Below are positions 48,703 to 60,700 of a stretch of 64,000 nucleotides of DNA, piece by piece; position 1 is the first letter of the stretch, and every line of letters begins with the position of its first letter. This stretch comes from an uncultured Gemmataceae bacterium. Lineage in GTDB: Bacteria; Planctomycetota; Planctomycetia; Gemmatales; Gemmataceae. The notes under the pieces are model-generated. The model searched no databases and had not been told where the DNA came from. It was given only the letters and a program-made list of their open reading frames with translations. A program made the translations under genes and the position numbers. The stretch spans positions 64,001 to 128,000 of the forward strand of contig CAVVPN010000012.1 in NCBI GenBank assembly GCA_963750165.1. Direction: 5' to 3'.

Positions 48703-51700
48703 TCACGCGGGCATCTGCGTGAACAGGCGGTTAATCAGCTGGGTCTGCTCAAGCGTGTTGCCCACGTCGATGTTGCCGTCCTCGTTGTAGTCCAGATACC
48801 ACTGGTACGAGTTCAGCGTCGCCGCCGCCCCCGTCGGGTTGGTTACCGCCGTCAGGCCGCTCGTCGGCGCCATGTACGTGAACGTGTTGCCGTTCACCGA
48901 CAGGATCACGAACGAGCCGTTGTACCCCGCCGGCAGACCCACGATATTCACGATCTCGCCCATCAGGAAACCACTCGGCCCGTTGGTCGTGATCGTCACC
49001 GTGTTGTTCGACTCGCTCGCCGCCAGGATCCCCGCCGTCATCCCACTGGTTTCCTGGGTCACGCCGTTCACCGTGCGGAAGTTCGTCGTGTCCACACCAT
49101 CCACCTGCCGCCGCCCCTCCGTGTCGCCGAACAGCCGCCAGAACTCGTCCACCTGGTTGACACCGTTGCCGTTGAGGTTGCCGGTCCCGCTTGTCGTGCT
49201 GCCGCTCATGCCGTTTTTGGCACCGTCCAGCAGCACCGCACTATTGCTGGCGGCGCTGATGTCGGCCACCTTCGTGTTCAGGAAGTAGTTGCCGTCCACC
49301 AGCCCGACCGTCAGCGTGTTGCCGAACTGGTCCAGGTACGGCGTGATGAAGTTGAACGTGTGCGTCGCGTCGGCGTTGAAGGTGACGAACAGTTGCGTCG
49401 CCCCGCTGTCCGGCACCGGGCCGCTGGCCCCCTCCGTGGTCGCCCCGGTGCCCGGGTCGCTGACGTTGATGCTCAGCGGGTTGCCCGACGCATCCTTGAG
49501 CACGAAGTCGCTCGCCAGATCGACGATGTTCACCGGCGTGCTGAACGTCAGCGTCAGCTCCGCCACCTGCGAGTGCTGGTTGGAACTGTCGTCGTTCACC
49601 GCCACCGTCAACTGCGGCGCCCAGTCGTTCGGCCCGCCGATGCTGTTCAGCGGCTGCCCCGCGAACGCCGTGCTGTTCGGGCTCCCCAGGAAGAACATGC
49701 CGCTGCTCGGCGTGCCGGTGACCACGCTGCCCAGCCAGTCGGCGCCGCTGCTGCCGGTGTTCTGGGCGATGCGGCCCACGTAGTTCGCCACCCAGGTGCC
49801 CGTGTTCACCACGTTCGAGCCCGCCAGCGTCGTGCCGGTCGCCCCCGTCGGCTTGAAGGTGATCGCCGCGTACGCGTGGCTGGTGCTGGCGCTGTCCAGG
49901 ATGCCCACCGAGTCCAGCACGTTCCAGCCGTTGTACGCCGATGTCTGGTTGCTCGGGTTGCCAGTGTTGGCCGGATCAATGTTCGTCGTCGTCGTCGGCG
50001 CCGTCGGCGTCTGAATGAGCAGGAAGCTCTCCGCCCCCGTCAGGAGGATGTCGGTGGCCAGCTGGCCGCTCGGCCGGGTGCTGCCGGTATGCACGCCAGT
50101 GACCGTGCCGAACTTGCTCGTGTTACCGCTGCCGAACCCGACCCCCGTACCGCTGTTGTCCAGCTGGTTGCCACCGGCCACCTCGTAACCGCCGCTGCTG
50201 TACTTCTCGCTCTTCTGCAGCAGCGCCAGGTAGCCGTTGCTGCCGGTCGTGAAACCGCTCAGGTTGAAGATGTCGGCCAGCACACCCGCAGCCGGCGTGC
50301 TGCCCGAGACCCCGTTGATGCCCGTCAGGTACACGCCCGTCGGGATGGTGTAGCTGGGCACCGTCGAGAAGACCTCAATGTACTGGCTGGGGTTGGTCGT
50401 GTTGCCCTTGAGCGTGTCGATCTCACTCAGGAACAGGCCGACCACGGTGATGCTCGTGGAGCGGACATCCGTCAGCGAACCGCCGTAGCCGCTGTTGCCG
50501 TTGTCGGTGGTGCTCACCGTCAGCGTCGCCGTGCCGAAGAAACCCGGGCCCGGCGTGTACACCAGGCTGCTGAGCGTGGCCGTGATGTCGCTCGGGCTGC
50601 CGGTGATGACCAGCGGCTGCGTGCCGCCGCCGCTGACCATGGCCTGGCCGCTGGCCGCTGCCGTCAGCGTGCCCACCGGGCCGCTCGAGGTGCCCGCCGG
50701 CGAACCGGTCAGGGTCAGCGTCGTTGTCTCGGGGGAGCCGCTCGCGGTGTAGTCGCTGTCGGTCACGATGATGGCGTCGCCAGTGGCTGCGGAGAAGGCC
50801 ACGGTGTTGGGCGTAACCGTCTGCAGGCCGGCGTGGGCCGCCGGGTTGAACAGCGCCTCCGGGATGACCGCCGGCACCGGCAGGCTGGCGTAGGGCGGCT
50901 GGTTGGGCTGCACCACGATGTTGAGGTTGCCATCCACGCCGGTCACGAACACGGGGTTGCTGCCGGTGCCCTGCGGCGCCGGCGTCAGCGTGATGGCGCC
51001 GTTGTCGTCGTAAACCGCGGTCGTGGTCGTGGTGTTGTTGCTGTCGGTGTAGGACTGCAGGATGTACAGCGGGATGCTACCGCTGGCCGAGCCATTGACC
51101 GCGAAGGTGATCTGCAGCACTGCCCCGACCTGGCCGCCGCTGACCGCCGCCTCGTTGGCGGTGAACTCGCTGGTGCGCAGCACGCCGTTGGTGTTATCCA
51201 CGTTGGTGGTCAGGCTGAAGCCCGTCAGCAGGCTGCCGACGGTGACGTTGGTGACCTGCAGCAGCAGCGGGTTGAACTTGATGGCGTTATCGACGGCGGC
51301 GATGTCGAAGGGGACCGGGCCGTTGCTGAAGTTGATGGGGATGGTAACGGTGCCGCCGGCCGTGGCCGTGGTGTTGGCCGGGAAGCCCTCGGTGCCGCTG
51401 TGGCCGACGACGCTGAAGTAGTTGTCCACGTTGGTGACGAAGGGGCTGACGGTGCTGCCGCTCAGGGGCAGGGTGCTGGGGTTCTGCGGCGCCGGCCCGA
51501 GCGTCAGGGCGCTGGTGGCGTTGTAGACGGCGGTGGTGGTGCTGGTGTTGTTGGCGTCGGTGTAGCTGGCGGCCAGCTTGAGCGGCGAGGGGCCGAGCGG
51601 GGCGCTGCTGTTGACGGTGAAGTCGAGGAGGAGCACATCGCCATCGGTGGGGTTGGGGGCCTGGGCCGGGTTGGCGGTGAACTCGCTGACGCGGATGACG

Positions 51701-54700
51701 CCGTGGACGGCATCCACGTTGGTGGTGACGCTGAAGCCCGGCAGCAGTGAGCCGGCGCGGATGTTGGAGACCGTGAATTTGCTGGGGTCGTACTCGATGA
51801 CCGAGTCGATGGCATCGATCTCGGTGCTGGGATCGGCACCGGAGACGTTGAAGCGTTCCTGAACGGTAACGGTCTGGCCGTCGCCGCCGGTGGCGGCGGC
51901 GAGGTAGAGCCGGGGGTCGGGGCCGAGCGGGCCGGTGATGGTGAAGCCGGTGGGCGGTTGGGGAATGACGCTGGGGAAGGAGCCGACGGCGGCCTTATCG
52001 ACATCGGCGGCGTCGAGGCCGGTGACGCCCAGGGTGCCACTGGCGGTGACGCTGCCGATGATCCAGGGATCGAGATCCTTGAAGACGCTGAAGCCGGTGC
52101 CCTGACCGACGCTGACCCGGTCGATGAGGGAGGCGTCCAGGCCGGTGTAGGTGTGGGAGCCATCGATATCGCCCTGGTAGGCGTTGACGTCGATGGCGTC
52201 ATCGCCCTGGGCCGCGGTGCCGTTGAGGACGACGCTCTGGGTGGCGAGCAGGGCCTTGTCGGTGTAGGGGGCGTTCTGGGGCACGGTGGCGGTGAGGGTG
52301 AGCAGGGTGCCGGTGCCGCCGCTGGGGTTCCAGTGGCCGCCGCCGCTGCCGCCGACGATGGTGAAGGTGATCAGCATGTGGTGGGCGTCGATGCTGGTGA
52401 AGCTGATCGGGTTGAGGACGAGGTTGCCGTTGCTGGCGGCGTCGGTCGAGAGGGTGGCCGCCGTCACGCTGAGGAGGGTCGGGTCATAGGTCAGGGTGAA
52501 GGAGAGGGACTGGACGGCGGAGGTGATGCCGCTCAGGGTGATGGGCAGTCCGGTGCTGGAGTTGGGGATGTTGACGGTCTGGCCGGGCCCGCGGGCGACG
52601 AAAGCGGCGGTGACCACCGGGGTGACGAGCGGGCTGGCGACGGTGAGGGGCTGGCTGTAATTGCTGGCGAGGGTGGCCCCGCCGACGGCCTTGACGGAGT
52701 TGGTGACGGCGACGGTGTAGTTGCCGGGAGCCAGTTCGCCCGCGGTGGCGACGAAGGTGGCGACGTTGGGATGGGTGGCGTCGATGAGCAGCGAGCCCTT
52801 GACGCTGCCGCCCGGGCCGGTCAGGGTGATGTTCGGCGCCACGGCGGTGGCGCCGGGGCTGTAGAACAGCTGGGTGGTGTTGGGATCGACGGGGCCGTCG
52901 AAGACCAGCTGGACGTAGTTGCCCGCGAGAGTCGCCGAGTCTACCTGGAGGGAGCTGACGACGTTCTGGGTGACCGAGAGGGAGGTGCTGGTGGTGAAGT
53001 TCCCCTGGGTGGCGAAGGTGGCGGTGATGGGGTGGCTGCCGACGGCGAAGTTCGAGACGGTGATGATGGCGTTGCCGTTGGCGTCCAGGGTGCCGGTGGC
53101 GCCGGCGATGGGGTTGCCGTTGTCCGACAGGGACACCGTGTCGCCGGCGACCGAGCCGCTGGCGGGGGTGACGTGGACCTGGAACGAGACCGGCTGGATG
53201 GTGCCGCCGAAGTTCAGCGACGGGTTCGGGCCCAGGTCTGTGAGGGTCGTGGTCGTGCCGGTTTGCGCGGAGGCGACCTGCAGCACGAGCACCGGCACTT
53301 CGTTATAGTTGAAGTCGAAGCCGCTGCCGGAACGGAAGCCGGCCTCCCGGTCGAAAATGTCCACCTCGGAACTGCCCGGCGTGCCGAGCACGGCGATACC
53401 GTTGTTGGAAGACGGGTTGGCCAGCCAGTTCTGCGCCAGGCTGGTGATGTCGAAGGAGATTTGCCCCTGCGGATAACCGGTCGCGGTGGCAATCACGCTC
53501 GTCCCGATCGTCGGCGTCTGGTTCGCCGTCGAGTCGTCCCAGCTCGACATGATGTTATACGCATTGTAACTGGTGATGTTCTGACCGTAGAACAGCGGCG
53601 TCAGCACGACCTTGGCCGACGTGATGGTATCGCCCGCCGGGACGGCGCTGCTCAGATTGCCGAACTGGTACATGCCGTAGGCCGTGGCCGATGTGTTGAC
53701 CGGCAAAATCTTGTACGAGCCCGAATCGCTCTGGTTCGTGGTGCCGTCGTAGATGGCGTTGGCGGTGGCGACGACCGGCGTGCCGTTGAACCGCGGATCG
53801 GTGCTCGCGTCGGCCGTGGCGGACGGCACCCCCTGAACAGTCGGGTCCGACCACAGATTGGCGTAACTGTTGGCAATGCGCACTTCATCCTGGAACGCCC
53901 CGGCGGTGTTGTCGCCGGTGCCGAGCTTCGTGATGGTGCCGTAATCAATACCCGTCTGCGTGGAAATCAGCGACCCGTCCGCCGGCGTGGAGCCGAAGCC
54001 GGGATTCAGGTAGGTGTAGACCGTGGTCGGTTGGCCGGGCGTGAAGACCATCTCGGCAACGAGGTGAACCGTCGTGCCCGCGACCGGGTTGTAGCCGACG
54101 CCGTTGGCATAAGTGAGCGTGCCGGCGCCGCCAAACGTGGAGCCGTTGTACGAGCGGCCGCTGGTCGTGTTGCTATCACCGCCCCAGCCGAGCAACAGGC
54201 CGCTGCCGTTATTGCCAATCAGGTAGGTGCCGAAATAGCCGCTGGGTGCGACATCGGGTTGGATCAACACGCTGACCCAGTAAGTCGAGGAACCGTCGGC
54301 ATCGCCAAACTGAGCGCTGGTCGCCAGCGGGGCCGCCGAGCCGTTCTGGCCGCTGCGGTCGAACATCGTGTTCCCGAGCGGCGTCACCGACGCCGGCGGG
54401 TTCGCCTCCGGGTACGACAGGCTGCCGGCAACGACCTGATCGTCTTGCTGGCCGAGGTTGATGTAGGAGCCGGACAGGCCGAGGTTGGAGCCGTTGAGCC
54501 CTTCGCCGATGAGCGACATGCCGGTGCCGCGTCCGCCCTGTGTGTCGGGCGCAACATAGTAGTTGAAGGGCTCATAGACCATCAGCCCTGGCTGCGGGCT
54601 GCTGACGACCTGCGTGACCGTCATGGAGGGGCTGCCGGCGTAATCGGTGGAGCCGCTATAGATGGCGGTGAGCGGGTGGTTGCCGACGCTCAGGGTCGAG

Positions 54701-57700
54701 ATCTGGAAGGTCGCCACGCCGTTGACCACCGGGACGGCGGAGCCGCCTGGGAGGTCCGTGCCGTTGTCCTGGAAGTCCACGGTGCCGTTGTTGCCGACAC
54801 CGCCGGACACGGTCGCGGTCAGGGTCACCGCCTGGTTGAAGCTCGAAGGATTCGGGTTCGCGGTCAACATCGTCGTCGTGGGGGCGAGGTTGATGACGCC
54901 GGTGGTGTCGGTCACGTAGGTGACGGCGTAGTTCATGCCGCCGTTGCCGTCATTGATCGTGGCGGTCGGCGTCAGCGTCTTGCCGGTGCCGGCGTCCGGC
55001 GTGTCGTAGGTTTCGGCGTAGGTGGCGGTGTCGCCGCCGACCAGGGTGCCGCTCGTGAGGGTCGGCGTGGCCGCGGCGCTGGTGGTGCCGTCGTAGGTCT
55101 TGGTGTTCGTCGCCGCCGTGACCGTGATGGGCCGGGGGGCGATGTCGGCGGTGACCGTCGGCTGGACCAACGTGTAGTTGGCTGCCGCCGAACCGGTGAG
55201 GCTCAATCCGGCGACCTGGACCGCGATGCCGGTGCCGGCGTTGCGGGTGGCAAAGGTGCCGGTGGCTCCGGTCGCGACCAGCGAGACATTGCCGGCGTCG
55301 CTGCTGAGGACTCCCGAGAGGGTCGGGGCGCTGACGATCTGGATGCCCGTGATGCCGGTGCCCGCGAAGGATTGGCCGTTACTCCCGGCCAGCACTTCCG
55401 TCAAGACGAGCGTGGAGGTGGTCAGGCCCTGGAACTCAACGTAATTGCCCGGACTCGACGTGGAGGTCGTTTGGGTAAACGTCCCGGCGAAGGCCGCGGT
55501 GGGCACCTGGAAACCGGTTGAGGTGATCGGCGGATCAATGCCGGCGCCCGACGGCAGGCCCGTGTTGATGTTGGAGATGTACTCGGTGCCGTCGCCGGCG
55601 TAGATCGTCCCGGTCGCACCCCAGAAGTAAGCGGGTTCGCTCAGATAAACGTAGACCGTGTAGCCCGAGGCCGGCAGGTTCGTGAGCTGGATGTGCGTGG
55701 TCGTATTCAACGCCTCGATGTCGGAGGACATCAATTCCTGGTTACCCTGGGTGCCACCCTGCGGCTGGAAATTATTGGCGCCACCGTAGTTGTATTCGGT
55801 GTTGAGCCCGTAAGAGGCCCAGGTGACACCGACACCGGTTGCCGCGCCGGTCGCATTATTCAGGCTGGACGCCGTGCCGCTGGCGCCGGTGCCCACGTTG
55901 TTCCAGTTGGTCGCGGACACGATGCCGGCGGCGTCGCTGGCCCCGAGGGCGTCGGTGTAACCCGTGGAGAGCGTTCCCGAATTCGTGTAGAACGACAGGC
56001 TGACGATCTGCGTCGGCGCGCTCACCGTGGCGGCCGTGGTGCCGTCGTAGGTCTTGTTGCTCGCGACGACGCCGCTCACCGTCACCGGTGCCGGGGTGAC
56101 CACCTGGTTCTGCGAAGCGCTGGGGCTGCCCTGGTAGCCGGTGCCGCCGCTGTAGGTGGCGACGATGGGGTGTGTGCCCGCGCTCAGGGCGATGAAGGTG
56201 GTGTAGCTCGCAGTGCCGTTGGTCACCGGGACCGTGGACGTGCCGGGCAGGGCGACGCCGTTGTCCGTGAACGTCACGGTGCCCACGCTGGGGTTGCCGG
56301 AGACGGTCGCAGTGAAGGTCACCTGGGTGCCGTAGACCACCGACGACAGCGTGTTGAGCATCGTGGTCGTGGCCGTGACGTAGGTGAACTGGTCGGCGGC
56401 GCTGGTCGGCGAGATGCCGAAGCTGTTGGTGACCGTGACATCGACAATGCCGGGAGAGCCGCTCGGGTCCACCGCGGTGATCTGGGTCGGCGAGTTGACC
56501 GTGTAGCTCATGGCGTCGTTCGCGCCAAACTTGACCGCCGTCACGCCGACGAAACTGGTGCCGGTGATGACCACGCTGGTGCCGCCCGCGACCGGGCCAG
56601 TGTTCGGGTTGACCTGGGTCACGGACGGAGAGCTGACGTAGCTGAACTGGTCGGCGGCGGAGGTCGCCGAGATGCCGCCTGCCGTGGTGATCGTGATGTC
56701 CACCGTGCCGGTCGCCTCGGCCGGCGCGATCGCGGTGATCTGGGTCGGCGAGTTGACCGTGTAGCTGGTGGCGTTGTCCGTGCCAAACTTGACCGCGGAG
56801 ACGCCGATGAAATTGGTCCCGGTGATGACGACGCTGGTGCCGCCGGCGGTCGTGCCGGAGGTCGGCGACACGCCCGTTACTGTGGGGGAGCTCGCCACGT
56901 TGACGGTGAACTGCTGCGTCGTGGTGTAGTTGCCGTCGCTGACGTTGACGCTGATGACGGACGAGCCCTGCATGTCGGCCGTCGGCGTGAAGCTCAGGCT
57001 GCCGGTGCTGCCGCCGGTGTAGGTGACGGCGGCGTACGGAATGAGGGCCGGGTTGCTCGATGTGGTCGTCACCGTGAGCGGCAGCGGCGTCGCCCTGGGC
57101 ACGATCTCGATGCCGGTGACTTCATCAAAGATGAAGATGCTGCGGCCACCGAAGGCGGCGTTGAGCATGGTGTTTGTCAGCGTGAGCGAATCGGCCGACT
57201 CGTTCCGCAGGACGACGTAGTTGCCCGCCTGGTTCACGGCGTTCGATGGCACGAACCCCGCCGCGAACGGTGTCGGGGTCGCCAGATAGTTCACGGTATT
57301 GGTCCCGTCCGAAATCTTGCCGGAGACGGACGTGTAGGCCCAGGGCGCATCGAGGTAGACGTAGACATCGTACCCGTTGGGGAAACTGGCCGCGAGGTTG
57401 CTGAATGTGAAATGGTTACTGTTGCCGACACCGCCGCTGGGCCCGACGCCCGATTTCATCAGCGCGTTGTTGCTCGCCGAGCTGCTGTCGGGGTACAGGC
57501 CGTACAGCGCACCGCCCGAGGTCGTGTCGCCACCGCCTGTGTAGGTGAGGGTGACCCCGCCATTCACCGTGCCCCCGTTGGAATCCGTGAGGGTCTGAGA
57601 ACCGCCGCTGGAGATGTTGTTCCAGCCGCTCACCGGAATGACGCCGGCCACATCGGCGAAGCCCAGAGTGTCGCCCGTCGCCTGCCCGGAGAAGTTGACA

Positions 57701-60700
57701 CTGACGGCGTAGGGCGCAGGAACGTTGGGGTCGCTGATGCCGCTGAGGTTCACCGTCTGCGCCCCAGGGTTGACTTGCAGATTCAGATCGGAGAGCGCAG
57801 TGAGTGTGGGATTCCCTTCGGGAGTCACCGTGACGGCGAGCGCCTGCGAAGCGCTGGAGCTGCCGGCCGTCACATTGACCGTGACGTTGTAGAGGCTCGG
57901 GGTCGTGGGCGCGCTCATGAAGGTGAGCACGCCGCCGCTCGTGATGCTGAAGAGCGAGGCGTCGGTCCCGCTCAGATTGTACGCCGGCATGGAACCGGTG
58001 AAATTGTTGACCGTCACGGCCGTGACCGCCGTGTTGCCTTCCGGCACATTCACAGCAGCACTTGCGCCGCCGCCGTTGCTGGTGATGCCCAGGCCGCTCG
58101 TCTGCGCCAGGGTCAGGACGAGGACCGGCCGGTCGAGGGAGTTGACGTCATAGTTGACGCTGCTGGAGTAGCCGCCCTCGCGGCTGAAGAAGTCGAGGTT
58201 GTTGATGGTGGTGCTGCCGGTCTGCACGATGGCGATGCCGTTGTTGGCGGTCGTGCCGGCGGCCCACTGCTGGGCCAGGGTCGTGATGTCGTAGGTGTAC
58301 TCGCCGTCCGCTCCGGTGCCGGTGCCCGTGGCCACGGCGGCGCTGGTGTTGATGGTCGGACTGGGCGCGCTGCTGTCGTTCCAGGCGCTGGTGATGTTGT
58401 AGGCCGACGTTTGAATCAGCGGCTGGGGGCCGGTGGGCGATGTGGTGGGGTTCAGGCCGGTCAGGATCACCTTGGCGTCGGTGATCGAGTAGCCGGCGGG
58501 GATGTAGCTGCTGATGCCGCCGCTGCCGTCGCCGAACTTGAACAAGCCGGCGGTGGCGGTCGTGCTACCGACGTTGACGACGTTGATGCTGTAGCTGCCG
58601 CTGCCGGTGCCGACCGTCTGATTGGTAGCGCCGTTGTTGGTGGCGTCGGCGATGTCGGGCACCTGCGTGCCGTTGAGGCGCGGGTCACTGGTGGCGACGA
58701 CCCCGGCCGTCGAGATGCCCTGCGCCGCCGCATTGGACCAGAGATCGGAGAAGGAATCCGAGACGCGGATTTCGCCCAGATAAGCGCGGTCGCCGTCGAA
58801 GGTGCCGAGCGCGGAGATCGTGCCGTAGTCGGTGCCGGTCGCCGTCGTGATGAGGCTGCCGGCCGCCGGGCTCTGACCAAAGCCCGGATTCATGTACAGG
58901 GTGACCGTCGTGCTGCCACCCGGAGTGAATTGCAGCTCCGCGACCAGGTGGACGGTGATTTCTTGTGTGATGCTGCCGTTGTTGTTGATGTTTTCCGCCA
59001 GGTTGGTAATCAACCCCGTGGACGAGCCGGACACGAGGTTGGCGAACGACCCGGCTTCCCACTGCAGGGCGGAGTTGAAGCCGATGTAGACGTTCGCGTT
59101 GGCATTGGTCGGGTCGGAGATCAGGCGCACGGCCCAGGGCTGCGAGTTATTGGCGCCCGAGTTGCCGGTGGCCGGCTTGGCCAGGAAGCTGATCCAGAAC
59201 GTGCCGCCCGTGCCGCCATTCGAGCTGTCGCCGAACGGACTGGACAGCGCGATGTCGCTTTGCTGGGTGGTGCCGCTCTGGTAATAGTAGGGGTTCACAT
59301 ACGAGTTGCCGAACGGCGTGACGCTCGCCGGCGGCGTGCCGTCGTAGTTGGGGTAGCTGGCGCCGCCCAGCGCCGACGGATACGACGGGTATTGCAGACT
59401 GCCCGCCACGACATCGGGCGTGCCGGTGCCGTCGTTCGTCCAGGTGCCCTGCAAACCGATGGTCGAGGTGTTGCCGTTGCCGGGGCCCTGGCCGAGCAGA
59501 CTGACGCCGGGGGCAATCGTCGCACTATCTTTCGTGGCGGTCGGCACGTAGTAGTTAAACGGCTCGTAGGCGAGCAGGCCGGGGACCAGCAATGTGGCGG
59601 CGTTGGTCAACAAGGTGCCGTTGGCGAACGCGGCCCGATACTGGTAGCCGTTCTGGGCCCCGGTCACGTTGTTGAAGGTCAGGGTCGTGGTGCCGTCGTT
59701 GATGCTCGTGGGACCGCTGAACAGCGTCCACGTAATGCCGCCGTCGGTACTCTGTTGCCAGGAGACCAGGTCTCCCGCTTCCGCCGTGGCGACCGCGGTG
59801 AACGTCACCGTCGAGCCCCGGGTGGCGGTCACACTGGTCGGCTGCGTGGTGATCGTCTCGGCCGCGTTCGTCAGCGTCAGCGGGGTGGTGGTGACGGTCC
59901 CCAGGCTGTTGGTGAACACGGCTTCGTACAGGCCGAGGTCGGTTTGGATGACGTTGGTGTAGGTCAGCACCGGGTTGTTCACCCCCGCCTGATTGCTGGG
60001 CAGTTGCGCGAGTGGAACCAGGCTGTAGTTAAAGCCGCCGTCCACGCTCTGATACCAGAGCACCGTGTCCTGGCCGGTCGGGTTGGCGCTCGACGCGTAC
60101 ATCGAGGCGCTCTGGCTGGTGTTGACGTTGCTGACAGCGAGGACGCCCTGCGACGGCAGATCGCTGGGGTAAGACGACCCGGACTTGAAGTAGGCCGTGC
60201 TGACATCCACGGCGAGCACTGCGGCGGTGCTGGTGAGCGTGGCCGATCCGTTGCCGCTGGGGTTGGTGACCACCGCCTGATACAGGTAGCCGCTGAGGGT
60301 GTCGAGCGCCGTGCCGCCGGCGCCGAGGCTGATATCGGCCGCCGGCGCCACGTTCGTGGTGTAGGTGAACGTGGTCGGGCTGGTCACGGCGATGACGTAG
60401 GTGCCGTCGAGGTTGGTGTCGGCGAGGCCACTGATGACGGCGGTGTCGCCTGTGACGAAGGGGTTGGCCGCCGTGGTCGTGATGGTGACCGTGTTGGAAC
60501 TGGCGGTCTGCACGACGGACAGGATCGAGGCGGTCGGGGCGCCGCTGATATTCAGCGTCGCGCTGGTGGCACCGCTGTAGATGCCGCCGTTGGTGATGTT
60601 CGTGTAGGTCGCACCATCGTCCGTGCTCACCTGCCACTGGACGGTATCATGACCGCTGGCGATGGTGTTATACGTGTTGACCGAGAAGCTGGTGCTGCCG

